A DNA stretch of 64,000 nucleotides, taken from assembly GCA_002269645.1 (NCBI GenBank), contig NIVC01000166.1:62001-126000 (forward strand), given 5' to 3'. A model generated the notes under the pieces. It worked only from the letters and a program-made list of their open reading frames with translations. It was not told where the DNA came from and did not search any database. Positions 1 to 22,310 of the stretch are shown one piece after another. Both the position numbers and the translations under genes were made by a program. Numbering within the stretch: position 1 is the stretch's first letter; each line of letters begins with the position of its first letter. Source of the stretch: Macrostomum lignano. Taxonomy: Eukaryota.

Positions 1-184
1 GTAACAGTGGCTTATTCAAAAGCAATTGCTTTTTCTAAGTGCATTTTGTTGTGCTTGAACAGAGTGGCGAGGTAGGAATGATATACGTTTGTGCAGCCCC
101 TAAAATTCTTCAAACTTTCTCAGACATATTGTATCGATAATATTCCACAGGGGGTGCTGCTTAGTGCTTACCATTCATCTGACC

Positions 185-1015
185 AACCCCATGCTAGGCG
201 CGCTGGGCCTCTCTAATTTCTCCAGTTCAACCGACCCGACTCGCACCCCTACCCCCTCACCCTGTTCATTGCGCGCTGGGCCTCTAATTTCTACAGTTCA
301 ACCAACCCGACTCGCACCCCTACCCCCTCACCCTGTTCATTGCGCGCTGGGCCTCTAATTTTTCCACTTTAACCAACCCGACTCGCACCCCTACCCCCTC
401 ACCCTGTTCATTGCGTGCTGGGCCTCTCTAATTTCTCCAGTTTAATCAACATGACTCGCACCCTACCCCCTCACCCTGTTCATTGCGCGCTGGGCCTCTC
501 CAATTTCTCCAGTTTAACCAACCCGACTCGCACCCCTACCCCCTCACCCTGTTCATTGCGCGCTGGGCCTCTAAATTTTCCACTTTAACCAACCCGACTC
601 GCACCCCTACCCTGTTCATTGCGTGCTGGGCCTCTCTAATTTCTCCAGTTTAATCAACATGACTCGCACCCCTACCCCCTCACCCTGTTCATTGCGTGCT
701 GGGCCTCTCTAATTTCTCCAGTTTAATCAACATGACTCGCACCCCTACCCCCTCACCTTGTTTATTGCGCGCTGGCCTCCAGTTTAACCAACCCGACTCG
801 CACCCCTACCCCTTCACCCTGTTCATTGCGCGCTAGGCCTCTCCAATTTCTTCAGTTCAACCAACCCGACTCGCACCCTTACCCCCTCACCCAGTTCATT
901 GCGCGCTGGGCCTCTCCAATTTCTTCAGTTCAACCAACCCGACTCGCACCCTTACCCCCTCACCCTGTTCATTGCGAGCTAGGCCTCTCCAATTTCTCCA
1001 GTTCAACCAACCCGA
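185..1015. repeat. ~62-bp tandem minisatellite (ccaacccgactcgcacccctaccccctcaccctgttcattgcgcgctgggcctctctaatttctccagtt), ~13 imperfect copies
   Basis: Unit visible directly; the ORFs here are repeat translations. Confidence 0.9.
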
Positions 1016-4000
1016 CCTGCTAACTTTCCAGCCGACCCACCCCAACTCCTTGCACCGCCTCACCTCCACCACTCCCATCGCCACTCTGCCCTCGTATCTC
1101 CGCACTGTTCGGCGGGGTTCTGCTACAGCTAACCCATACTACTGAAGATATTTCTTAGAATCTGCAAGAGAGGTACTAAAACTTATAAACAGGCTTACAG
1201 GACCAACGATTAATCTAGGTCGGGTTCCCAAAGGGTTCCATCCCTGTGGCTGTGGGTCAGCGCCGTTGCTAATGCTGCGCCCATTCACCGCGCACGCTCT
1301 CTCCGCCCAGGGACTGCGACCGGCTTCAGTTATTTTTCATTTTCTCAGAGCCTGTCCTGCGGCTCCACGAGCATCATCTATGGCATCTCCTGTAACCAGT
1401 GCCACCCTGGGAAAATCCTATGTGTAGAGATGACAAAAGGACGATGAGAGACAGAATGGACCAGCATAGGTCACATTCTCACCCCCAACCACTCGATTGC
1501 AAGCATTGTCACCATTGCTATTTAGCAAGTTCTAAATAACAACAAAATCGAACTAAAGAAATAAGTCTGGATTAAAAAACTGGAGACTGACAAACAACCG
1601 GGTACGAATATCAGGGTTGACAACCATCTTCTCCGGCCCATCTCGCTGGTCCTTCCTTTTCAACCCATCTTCGGTCTGGCTCTCCAACTTCAACACCTGC
1701 ATTTCATTTAACCGTTGTACTTTAAAAAAAACTCTTTTTTTTTAATACACCAAATACTCTGTCAAATAAAAATAACTGGTTGAAAGCCTCTGGGACAAGG
1801 TAGAGCTAGATAGAACAGATCATTAGATGCACACCCATCATACATACAGCTCTCACCGATTTTATCAGTTCGACAAATCATATATGTACTTAAAAGGCAA
1901 ATTTTCATCGCATTTATTTACGATTACGATTACGATTACGATTACGATTTATTTACGCATTCATTTACGCATTCAAATACGCTATTTATTGATCTGACGA
2001 AGAGCCTAAATGCTTGAAAGAGGTTGCCAATTTTAGAACTGTTGTGATTCGAAAAAAATAAGTCGTAATAAATGAATTTTATTTGTTATAACGAAGAGAA
2101 GGGAAAATGCACGTACTTCAGGGCATTGTTAAATATTACTGAGTGATACAATTGATGAGGACGCACTTTTTCCCAAATCCCGCGCTAGCACATGGGCTCT
2201 AAACTTACTTGCCTACTAACCGTGGGCAGTGGGCATTTTTATCCTTTTTCTGCGAATTGTCATAGAATCTATACTAGATATAATGTCTGGCCATACTAGT
2301 AGTCATAATAACATAGGCGCAGCTTTTTGGGTCATAAATCATCGCTTTCGAAGCTGATCTGACAGCCACCTGCGCCTCACTCAGTGTTGAAGCGGGCGCC
2401 GGATGGTCTGAGAGGATGCGGGCGGTAGCTTTTTTCTCATCATTTTGACAGGCCATCAAGATTCATGAGGTCAGAGCCTATTGTTCGGATTCACTCAAGC
2501 GTGTGACAGCTTTGACAGCTATGCGTTTTACCCCTAAAAGTACCTTGGGATTAGCGATTAGCGATTTCTCTTCATTATCTTCACTTTCTATTTAATAAGA
2601 GCTTTCTAATGTATATTTTTTCATTAATTTCTGTCAATCCTACGCGAAAAGTCATAAATCATTTTGTTGCGATTTTGAGTGATTTATGGCCGCACCTGTC
2701 ATCTTTTTACGACCCTGTGGGAACTGATAGGATCTCTCGGTCACGTGATTCTGGGTAGCAACGAGCTTAGCCAATCAGAAAATTCGGCGCTCATTTTAAC
2801 AAAACGGCTCAGCCAATCAGAATCGACGTGTTCCGTTATAACAAACTGCGGTCCAGTTGGCGGCTATTTAAACCGGAGTTTTTGGCCCGCTCGGACGCAA
2901 CTTCTTCTTACTTTGGCTCGGGCCCAGCGCACAACTTCTGGTTCCCGGAGCACGACCGTCGTTTCTTGATCCCCGGATTGCAACTTCCCCCATCATCATC
3001 AAGGACGAGTCCCCCGGTCGACAGCAGCGAACATCCAGTTAAGAGCATCACCTGCTAGCTAACAGCGAAGATTGTGACAGCATCATCCCGAGTCTACAGC
3101 TGCAGAGCATCGAGCCGATTCGGTCACTGTGGATTACCTGGTCTCCGGCTGTTGAGTTTCTGATTGGTTGGGTGAGAGGCTACCTAGACTTGCTTGATTT
3201 GGTGATCCCTTTTCTGTCCCCTGTTGCAGTAGCTGAATTAGGCGCACACTTTTGCTCATTTTGTTCAGTAGTGCTGTTGCTGAGGCAGGAATCATTCAAT
3301 AATACTGCTAGTAGTCTAAGACTCCAATTCAATCTAAAGTGTGAAGTGAACTAAGGAGAAGGTTAAATCTAACAGTTATCTTTGTCGGCTTTATTTCTTT
3401 GTTCGCCGATGGCTCAGATGAGTAGCTAAGCTAGTAGGCGCCGGTCACAGTGGACCAATGGCAAGGCAGTTCTCAGTCGACCAATCTAACAAATCAGTGA
3501 GCAAAACTGCCAAAAGTGCAGAATCGGCGCCAGAGATGTACTTTGTGCACTCTAGGGTAGCCAAGCGGCTCGGGTAAATGAATCATGCGGTCTCTGAAGT
3601 TCGAGTTAGCCTATCATCAGCGCTATGAGAGGCTAGTTGGCGCGTTGAAGGCTAAAAGTACATATCTTCGTATTTAGCAATGTAATAGTACATGTAGCTA
3701 CCCCATAGACTCGCCACCGCAAGAATCCCCTGCACAAGTCCCCTCTGTACCTGCATGGCCAACGCGATCTAGTCCCAGCAGTGTCCCTTATCATCGGCTA
3801 TGACTTCGAGATTGACAGCAAAAAGACACTAGTTGGCAGGTAAGTGCAAAGCCCCTTCTAGTCGGAAGCCCGATTTCGAGAGTCCCGGTGTGGTGAGCCA
3901 GGGCGCACGGGCTGGTGGCAGCGGGTTAGTTGATCTGCGGATTAGCTAATTTCTACTTTCAAAATTCTCCCTGCTCGTCTCTCGCTGTCCCTCTCTTAGC

Positions 4001-4571
4001 TATAGGACCTAGACTGCTCGCCACACGATCAAGCTACCATGGGGCTGACCATCTGACAGGAGTGGGGGGCCAGGTCTCTAATTGATTTATTTCTGAGCCT
4101 GAGGCCCGAAGGCTTCCCTAACAAGGAGCCCGAAGGTCGAAACTCATCACAATAGATAATTAAAATATCAATCCTAACTAGCACAAGAACTCCGAGTGTA
4201 AAAAGGAAGTCAATACGCCGTGACCTCTCCACTTCTCTTCCCTCTCCTCTCTGTAGTACATGTATGTAGTGGATATCTGGTTTCTCTCTGTATTGAATTT
4301 ACTCCGCAAGCAATCTGTAAAGAAAGTATTCGTTATAAACAAATAAAACAATATTAAATTAGTATTCATTGCACTTTTGAATAGTAAATATTATTTCTGT
4401 ATTTTTATAAAAAAACTACGCTTGCCGTGCGAACTTTATTAATTCATTGATTAACTGCGAAGCTACTAATGAGTAGTACATTTCAGTATTTATGAGTCAC
4501 GTCTAGTTTAAAATAGGATCCTTTGAGATAAAATGTGAAACACAATGCGAGCGCAATCGAGTTATGGCTGG

Positions 4572-13050
<8,479 letters not shown>

Positions 13051-13944
13051 GGGAGGATCTGTTCCGAGTTTATCTATTTAATTTTAAGTGTATTTTACCT
13101 ACTCAGTTGCAATAAAAGTTTTTCGCGAACTAACTGAATGTATTAACACTAAAGTTACATGCTACTGATTCCAGTTTGCGGTCAGTTGTCAATGCTTGGA
13201 AAGATTTTAGAAGTCAAGAGCATAAATTCTCTCAGTTTGCCTATTTTGTGTACGTGTAAGTCAGCTCAATCTGACACTGTTATCTCTCACTGCACAGCTA
13301 TAGAATTACTTGCAGTATGTGCTCATTTCCACTGCTGCAAACTTCAGTGAAACAAAAAAAGTTAAACGATAGTGTCAGTTAGTCCACTTTTCCTCCATAT
13401 TCCCATTAACGATTCTATCTATAGGCTCGTACGAGCGATATTATGTAATAAAAAATGATTATGACAGCTGCTTTAACTTTGCTCTGAAATTACGAGTATA
13501 AATGTTCTGGAGCCGAACGAATGGCCATATGACCTAAAAAAGCTCTCTTTCTACGAGCGTACTCCAAAATTCCGACTCTCAATTTGTACACTCGGGTATT
13601 TTTAGCGCAATAAAAATTGTTAGAGCAAACTCTGCCATTGAAATCAACGCTAGCTGTATTCTCATTCTGAAACACGGATACTGGAATAACTAGATGGGCC
13701 ACTCAGGTATATATGCTTGGTAAAAAGGCTTTCTACTTTCAGTTCAGTAGCAAAGAAGAATACATAAGCTATTTTATAATAGTTAAGGCAGCTGAAATGA
13801 CTTTGATAAGCTTTAGAAGCCCAGAGCTTGCAGGCATAAACAACTTGCTAATTGGTTCAGCAGTAATGTACATTGGCCAGTCCACTGAAGTCTACAAGGC
13901 AGCTTTAGGGTGGAAGTCCGAGAGAAAGACAATAAAAATTGGGT

Positions 13945-14490
13945 GGCGGGAATGGGAAGAGAGATGGGGGATGGGGAGAGAGATGGGGGATGGGGAGAGA
14001 GATGGGAAGAGAGATGGGGGGATGGGGAGAGAGATGGGAAGAGAGATCGGGAGATGGGGAGAGAGATGGGAAGAGAGATGGGGGATGGGGAGAGAGATGG
14101 GGGATGGGGAGAGAGATGGGAAGAGAGATAGGGGATGGGGAGAGAGATGGGGGGATGGGGAGAGAGATGGGAAGACAGATGGGGGGATGGGGAGAGATAG
14201 GGAGAGAGATGGGAAGAGAGATCGGGAGAGGGGAGAGAGATGGGAAGAGAGATGGGGGTTGGGGAGAGAGATGGGGGATGGGGAGAGATGGGAAGAGAGA
14301 TGGGGGATGGGAGAGAGATGGGAAGAGAGATGGGGGGATGGGGAGAGAGATGGGAAGACAGATGGGGGATGGGGAGAGATAGGGAGAGAGATGGGAAGAC
14401 AGATGGGGGATGGGGAGAGATAGGGAGAGAGATGGGAAGAGAGATGGAGGATGGGAATAGAGATGGGGGATGGGGAGAGAGATGGGGAGA
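13945..14490. repeat. Purine-rich GA/GGA low-complexity tandem repeat
   Basis: gggagagagatggg units; all overlapping ORFs are repeat translations. Confidence 0.9.
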
Positions 14491-14799
14491 GCATTTCAGC
14501 ATTTCAACGCTTCCATTCCGTGCTTCAAAAACATTTGCCAGTTATTTCTCGTAATTCTCTGTTTAGCCAGGTCCATTCTTGACAGACAGCTCACATTTCA
14601 GATGGTTTTTAAAGGAGTCTGGGCTACATGTAAGGGGACGACAAGCTTTTGTGTTTGCGGATGAGAAGACTGGGTGAATTTTCTGACTGACACACTGGCT
14701 GAGAGAGTTCCAGTGTGTTAGTGGGACCATCTGTCGGACTAAAATACACATTCCTGACAATTGCTTTGCGTGTACTTTCTGGCTTCTGAACTCTCGTGG

Positions 14800-15790
14800 A
14801 AATCTTGTCAGATATTAGAGACATTCTCTGACAAGAAATCTTGTCAGATAGTAGAGAGATTCTCTGACTGGTAATCTTGTCAGATAGTAGAGAGATTCTC
14901 TGACAAGAAATCTTGTCAGATAGTAGAGAGATTCTCTGACAAGAAATCTTGTCAGATAGTAGAGAGATTCTCTGACAAGAAATCTTGTCAGATATTAGAG
15001 AGATTCTCTGACTGGTAATCTTGTCAGATAGTAGAGAGATTCTCTGACAAGAAATCTTGTCAGATAGTGGAGAGATTCTCTGACAAGAAATCTTGTCAGA
15101 TAGTAGAGAGATTCTCTGACGGGTAATCTTGTCAAATAGTAGAGAGATTCTCTGACTGGTAATCTTGTCAGATAGTAGAGAGATGATCTGACTGGTAATC
15201 TTGTCAGATAGTAGAGATACTCTAGTTGGGATCTTGTCAGATAGAGAGATACTCTAGTTGGGATCTTGGTAGATAGAGAGATACTCTTTTTGGGATCTTG
15301 GTAGATAGAGAGATACTCTTGTTGGGATCTTGTCAGATAGTAGAGATACTCTAGTTGGGATCTTGGTAGATAGAGAGATACTCTTTTTGGGATCTTGGTA
15401 GATAGAGAGATACTCTTGTTGGGATCTTGGTAGATAGAGAGATACTCTTGTTGGGATCTTGGTAGATAAAGAGATACTCTAGTTGGGATCTTGGTAGATA
15501 GAGAGATACTCTTGTTGGGATCTTGGTAGATAGAGAGATACTCTTGTTGGGATCTTGGTAGATAGAGAGATACTCTTGTTGGGATCTTGGTAGATAGAGA
15601 GATACTCTTGTTGGGATCTTGGTAGATAGAGAGATACTCTAGTTGGGATCTTGGTAGATAGATCTTGGTAGATAGAGAGATACTCTAGTTGGGATCTTGG
15701 TAGATAGATCTTGGTAGATAGAGAGATACTCTAGTTGGGATCTTGGTAGATAGAGAGATACTCTAGTTGGGATCTTGGTAGATAGAGAGA
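14800..15790. repeat. 36-bp palindromic tandem repeat grading into a related ~31-bp unit
   Basis: cttgtcagatagtagagagattctctgacaagaaat, then gggatcttggtagatagagagatactcttgtt. Confidence 0.9.
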
Positions 15791-16169
15791 AAATCTTTGT
15801 CATGGACAAAAACTTAAAAACAGCAAAAAAGACAATAATTAGTGAATGCCTTCTTCCGGGCCGAACCCGGCAACAAAAGTCACGCGCAACTCTTCATCTT
15901 CATCAGTGTCTTCTATTTGCAAAGAAGAAAATTCGTAGATAGAATTATTTTTATAGAAATTTTTACGTTCGTACGTTATCCAAAAGTAACTCCTGCAAAC
16001 ATATTTTTAATGGCATTTCGGAACTCGACAACAAGCATTTTTGAAACGGTATATCAATTCAGTGTAAAGTTAGTATTTTTTTGTTTTTTTAGCTGTTATT
16101 GACTCATCACCGCGTCTTCCAAATTAATCTGATAATATTTTCTTTTCCCTGATCCCATTTTCTTTGATC

Positions 16170-16820
16170 CCTTCTCTAATCCGTTCTCTAATCCTCTTTT
16201 CTAATCCCTTCTCTGAGCCCTTCTCTAATCCCTTCTCTAATCCCTTTCTCTCTGATCCCTTCTCTGATCCCTTCTCTAATCCCTTTCTCTCTGATCCCTT
16301 CTCTAATCCCTTCTCTAATCCCTTTCTCTCTGATCCCTTCTCTGATCCCTTCTCTAATCCCTTTCTCTTTGATCCCTTCTCTAATCCCTTCTCTAATCCC
16401 TTTCTCTCTGATCCCTTCTCTAATCCCTTCTCTAATCCCTTCTCTGATCCCTTCTCTAATCCCTTCTCTAATCCCTTTCTCTCTGATCCCTTCTCCAATC
16501 CCTTCTCCAATCCCTTCTCTAATCCCCTCTCTAATCCCTTTCTCTCTGATCCCTTCTCTAATCCCTTCTCTAATCCCTTCTCTATCCCTTTCTCTCTAAT
16601 CCCTTCTCTAATCCCTTCTCTAATCCCTTCTCTAATCCCTTCTCTATCCCTTTCTCTCTGATCCCTTCTCTAATCCCTTCTCGAATCCCTTCTCTAATCC
16701 CTTCTCTAATCCCTTTTCTGATCCCTTCTCTAATCCCTTCTCTAATCCCTTCTCTAATACTTTTCTCTCTAATCCCTTCTCTAATCCCTTTTCTGATCCC
16801 TTCTCTAATCCCTTCTCTCT
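16170..16820. repeat. 12-bp tandem repeat aatcccttctct
   Basis: Dozens of imperfect copies. Confidence 0.92.
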
Positions 16821-16901
16821 GATCACCAACGTTTCCCATGTCTAGTCTCAAATCCCGAAACCGCTAACCCTTGCGCCCTCTCCCTCCCCACCCGTCTCCG
16901 C

Positions 16902-19900
16902 TCAGCAGAATCCGTGCAGCTCGGCGAATTCCTCCGATGTGAGCTGAACTCCCGCCACGGCGAGGCAGAGAATCCTGCCAGTCAGGCTGAAGCTCCGATC
17001 GCTGGTGAACCCGATGCGAAACTCCGACACTTGGATTGAAGACGGCGAGATGTCAGAGGAGTTCACGGCGGGATGACGGCTGCCGTTGATGTACATCTGA
17101 TAATCGGAGCTCCCGAAGCTGAAGCCAACGCTGCCATAGAAACCGTGCGTCCATGGTAGAACGTCGGATTTGAAAGATTTTTGGCGAGACTGCGACACAG
17201 AGTAGATGGGGTGAGTCACCACCAGGCTGCCTGATATCTGCATGGGGCCGTTTTTATTGTGGATCAGTTTAACTACAGATCACCGCTCACTCCACTGTGC
17301 TGCAACCCCTGCACACCCCAATGTCTCTCAGTGTGCTGCAACCCCTGCACACCCCAATGTCACTCAGTGTTCTGCAACCCCTGCACACCCCAATGTCACT
17401 CAGTGTTCTGCAACCCCTGCACACCCCAATGTCACTCAGTGTGCTGCAACCCCTGCACACCCCAATGTCACTCAGTGTTCTGCAACCCCTGCACACCCCA
17501 ATGTCTCTCAGAGTGCTGCAACCCCTGCACTCCCCATTGTCACTCAGTGTTCTGCAACCCCTGCACACCCCAATGTCACTCAGTGTTCTGCAACCCCTGC
17601 ACACCCCAATGTCTCTCAGTGTACTGCAACCCCTGCACACCCCAATGTCTCTCAGAGTGCTGCAACCCCTGCACTCCCCATTGTCACTCAGTGTGCTGCA
17701 ACCCTGCACATCCCATTGTCACTCAGTGTGCTGCAACCCTGCACACCCCAATGTCACTCAGTGTGCTGCAACCCTGCACACCCCAATGTCACTCAGTGTG
17801 CTGCAACCCCTGCACACCCCAATGTCACTCAGTGTTCTGCAACCCCTGCACACCCCAATTTCTCTCAGTGTACTGCAACCCCTGCACACCCCAATGTCTC
17901 TCAGAGTGCTGCAACCCCTGCACACCCCATTGTCACTCAGTGTGCTGCAACCCCTGCACACCCCAATGTCACTCAGTGTGCTGCAACCCCTGCACACCCC
18001 AATGTCACTCAGTGTGCTGCAACCCCTGCACACCCCAATGTCACTCAGTGTGCTGCAACCCTGCACATCCCATTGTCACTCAGTGTACTGCAACCCCTGC
18101 ACACCCCATTGTCACTCAGTGTGCTGCAACCCTGCACACCCCATTGTCACTCAGTGTACTGCAACCCCTGCACACCCCATTGTCACTCAGTGTACTGCAA
18201 CCCCTGCACACCCCATTGTCACTCAGTGTGCTGCAACCCTGCACACCCCAATGTCACTCAGTGTGCTGCAACCCCTGCACACCCCAATGTCTCTCAGTGT
18301 ACTGCAACCCCTGCACACCCCATTGTCACTCAGTGTGCTGCAACCCTGCACACCCCATTGTCACTCAGTGTGCTGCAACCCTGCACACCCCAATGTCTCT
18401 CAGAGTGCTGCAACCCCTGCACACCCCAATGTCACTCAGTGTACTGCAACCCCTGCACACCCCAATGTCTCTCAGAGTGCTGCAACCCCTGCACTCCCCA
18501 TTGTCACTCAGTGTGCTTCAACCCTGCACACCCCATTGTCACTCAGTGTGCTGCAACCCCTGCACACCCCATTGTCACTCAGTGTTCTGCAACCCCTGCA
18601 CACCCCAATGTCACTCAGTGTGCTGCAACCCCTGCACTCAAACGTCTAGATCTCACCCAGAGCATACCTGATACATGATAAACCTTTCGATAGCAGTCAA
18701 ACTGTCGTAAGCCACCAGAAAATCGGAGTCTTCACTGCCGGCCAATTTCTGCAGTTTAAGCAGCACGGAAATGGCGCCGCCATTTGCCAGCAGAGACGCC
18801 AGATTGCCGCCAGGAATGGCGATGCGGATGTAGGTGCCGTAGCCGCCGCTGCTGCTACTCAGGTCCGGTTGAACAAACAGCCCACTGGAGTTCCTGACGG
18901 CTCCGATTGACTCCACCTTGCCAATTGGTGATAACTGATTGATAATTAATTCTCTTAGCTGACCTATGAACAGCTATAGTAGAAGCATGCTGCATTTCAA
19001 GGTAAATGGATCGCGGATTTTACATGAAAAGCTCAGGTACTGTCCTAGAAGTTGGAGGAAATCTATTAAAACTTCTAGAATAATGCTTTTAATTGATTTT
19101 TGTTTTGTCAGCAATAGATTTGGTCTTGCCCATGGAAATACGAGCTTAGACGGAGAAAGGCAAGCGAGTGAATAATTTGGCCATAGACATCCGCACAAAG
19201 GATACCAGCAGCAAACTCTCCCATAGGCTCTCTCTCTCTCTCTCTGAGTTTTCAAAACTGCTATCGAATTTCTGAGCTCATTGGAATCATGCTCAAACAT
19301 CGAATTTCATGCAGTAAAGGTCAGACTTACCTACTCTATCTATACAGAATGGTCTCAAAACTACGCCACCAGTATGGACCTCGTCTTGTTCATTTAATCT
19401 ACAAAAATCTTGAGCAGTACATTATTAGCCTTGCATTAGCTGAGGAATCAGCCTAAGGGTTGGACACAAATTTGAGGGCAGGACGCGCCTCAAGGCCGGC
19501 TGGAGTCGCCGAAACGGTGTAGGTTGCCTGCAGTGTCAGAAACAACAGCATCTCCTGCACCAGCTTGGGGACAGTGCGACTCTCGGTAAGGTGACCCAGC
19601 TGGAGTCGCCGACAGCGTAAAGGGTGTACAATAATCAGCAAAGGTGCACACACTCACCTGAAAGCTGCTCCGGTTGACCAGATTCCCGAAGCCGTACCGA
19701 TAGCAGTGCAGCAGCAGCAGCTTGGCTGCCAGCTCCGGCCGAGGCCTGGGAACTCGCAGATAGGCGGTCGAATTGCAGCTTCCTCCTCCATCGGTGCTCG
19801 TCCAGGACTCAATCCAGCGATGTTCGGTGGCCAGCAGACACTCCCCAGTCTTGAAGGCCACCGCTGAGCAGTTGTCGCTGGCGGCGCACTCCACATGACA

Positions 19901-20071
19901 GGTTCGAACCGAGGAAATGCCGCCTGATAGCTTCCGAACCTGGTCAGCGGACCCAGCCGTCGTCCACTCGGAGCTCGCCGGGCAGAGGTCGGGAGCCGAA
20001 CCGAACTCGTAGCTTTTGATGGCGCCTGCCAAAGCAACGGTCCAGCTTGCGAGGGCCAGGCTTAGCAACAT
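16902..20071 (-). CDS. Secreted protein: signal peptide + PAN/Apple-like domain + ConA/LamG/pentraxin-like C-terminus, 332 aa. Exons 20071-19658, 18916-18668, 17237-16902
   Basis: Three phase-0 GT-AG exons of 414, 249 and 336 nt. Hydrophobic N-terminus MLLSLALASWTVALA; CHVECAASDNCSAVAF..GECLL cysteine pattern; beta-rich YQMYING..FRIGF C-terminus. Domain names come from motif recognition only. Confidence 0.7.
17290..18640. repeat. 36-bp tandem repeat gcaacccctgcacaccccaatgtcactcagtgtgct (intronic)
   Basis: About 37 copies; lies inside intron 2 of the PAN/LamG gene. Confidence 0.93.
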
Positions 20072-20399
20072 AGTTTATCCGAATGTCTCCTTTGCAAAGC
20101 TCAGAATTTCGTTGTCTGTAGGCAAATTTGATGCTTTTGGATGAAAATCTCTCTTTGGGTTTTGTGTGTTTGTTAATAACAATACCTACTAAAGAATCTG
20201 TTGTCCTTGGTTACCAATCCTATCCAATCATCTGCGCATTGGGAAGGGATGGAGAAGGGGAGAAAGGGGAGAGAGATTAAAGGAAGACTGAGTTAAAGTA
20301 CTTTCGTTTGGAAGAGTTTATTACGATTCTTGCGAGCAATATCATTTCTAAGAATTTTTTCTTTTTGGAGTGTTGAAATACCATCCCTAGGTATACATG

Positions 20400-21190
20400 T
20401 AGCATCTCTAGGTATAAAATCTCCAGGTAAAAGATCTCTAGGTAAAATAAGATCTCCAGGTATAAGATCTCCAGGTATAAGATCTCCAGGTATAAGATCT
20501 CCAAGTATAAGATCTCTACATTAGGTATAAGGTCTCTAGGTATAAGATCTCCAGGTATAAGATCTCCAGGTATAAGATCTCCAAGTATAAGATCTCTACA
20601 TTAGGTATAAGGTCTCCAGGTATAAGATCTCCAGGTATAAGATCTCCAGGTATAAGATCTCCAGGTATAAGATCTCCAGGTATAAGATCTCCAGGTATAA
20701 GATCTCCAGGTATAAGATCTCCAAGTATAAGATCTCTAGGTAAGGTCTCCAGGTATAAGATCTCCAGGTATAAGATCTCCAGGTATAAGATCTCCAGGTA
20801 TAAGATCTCCAGGTATAAGATCTCCAGGTATAAGATCTCCAGGTATAAGATCTCCAGGTATAAGATCTCCAAGTATAAGATCTCTAGGTAAGGTCTCCAG
20901 GTATAAGATCTCCAGGTATAAGATCTCCAGGTATAAGATCTCCAGGTATAAGATCTCCAGGTATAAGATCTCCAGGTATAAGATCTCCAGGTATAAGATC
21001 TCCAGGTATAAGATCTCCAGGTATAAGATCTCCAGGTATAAGATCTCCAGGTATAAGATCTCCAGGTATAAGATCTCCAGGTATAAGATCTCTAGGCAAG
21101 ATATCCAGGTTTAAGATCTGTAGGAATAAGATCTCCATGTACAAGATCTCTAAGTATAGGATCTCTAGGCAAGATTTCTAAGTGTAAAAC
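20400..21190. repeat. 15-bp tandem repeat ggtataagatctcca
   Basis: About 50 copies. Confidence 0.95.
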
Positions 21191-21914
21191 CTCTAGGTAC
21201 ATATCAATAGTACTTTTTTTAAAAAAGCAATGCTCAAGCAAGACTCAGATTTAATTCTTAGGAATAGTAATACCTTTAGCAATATTGAAAGTGTCTTTTT
21301 TCTAAGACCAAGCACTCGGTCCCTTGTCAGAGAAGTTATTGTACAATATCTTTTGACACACAAAATGCCGAACTTTCTTCCCTGGAGCACAATTTCTTTA
21401 TGTTGAAAATGCAATTCCGAGTGCTTTAATTAGAAATCTGATTGACTTGGGTCGATTGGTTAAAACCTGCAAAGGACCTTGTTGTACCTCGAAAAAACTT
21501 CAATGCGTAGGTGGGAACAAATAAGGAAGAATGCTTTATGCCTGAGAAATCTTGAATGCCACAGGCGCATGTCAATATTCTCTTTCTAGTAAGAAAGTCG
21601 CACAAGTGGCTGATAGTCGTTACAGATGGCTACTCATGCGAATCTGCAATGCTGCTGTGGTAAAACAATGGAAAACTGGCACTGAAAATGTACTTGCATT
21701 TCTAATATGCGCGTCACTCAATGCTCAATGCTTTCTGATTCTATTGAATAGGAGCTCATTCTATTGTGTCTCGCTTCCTTATCTGTTTACGAGTACCCTT
21801 TTGAAGCCGCGAGACAGCTGGCTTCTGCAAGACTTTTGCATACCTGTACTCGTACCTCTGCCCACTGCCACTTCCAGTATTCCATATTTCATCTATTCCC
21901 AGCTGACTCACAAT

Positions 21915-22310
21915 CTCACTCAATTTCCATTCCCATCTCACTTACTTTCCATTCCCATCTCACTCAATTTCCATTCCCATCTCACTCACTTTCCATTCCC
22001 ATCTCACTCACTTTCCATTCCCATCTCACTCAATTTCCATTCCCATCTCACTCAATTTCCATTCCCATCTCACTCAATTTCCATTCCCATCTCACTCAAT
22101 TTCCATTTCCATCTCACTCAATTTCCATTCCCATCTAACTCAATTTCCATTCCCATCTCACTTACTTTCCATTCCCATCTCACTCAATTTCCATTCCCAT
22201 CTAACTCAATTTCCATTCCCATCTCACTTACTTCTCACATCTCACTTCTCACATCTCACATCTCACTTCCATTCCCATGCTCTTATCTCCCACTCCCCAT
22301 CTCCCACTTC
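21915..22310. repeat. 22-bp tandem repeat caatttccattcccatctcact
   Basis: About 14 copies degrading at the 3' end. Confidence 0.88.

Noticed and set aside
1990-2090. ctgacga..gaaa followed by aataaa, resembling a Penelope-type minimal hammerhead
   Set aside because: Stem II is poor, no convincing stem I/III or NUH site; at best a decayed remnant.
2630-3130. Two agccaatcagaa CCAAT boxes, a CACGTG and a TATA-like motif suggesting a solo LTR or promoter
   Set aside because: No second LTR, PBS, TSD or downstream gene could be defined.
13713-14664. Possible plus-strand host exons near 13810-13910 and 14570-14690
   Set aside because: No recognisable protein motif and no consistent splice chain; the long ORFs are driven by GA repeats.
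14800-15790. CRISPR-like 36-bp palindromic repeats
   Set aside because: Head-to-tail units with no unique spacers, no cas genes, eukaryotic context.
17242-18678. 450-478-aa Cys/Pro-rich ORFs
   Set aside because: Three-frame translations of a 36-bp satellite lying inside an intron of the opposite-strand gene.
20277-21144. ILYLE / DLIPG repeat proteins
   Set aside because: Translations of a 15-bp satellite.
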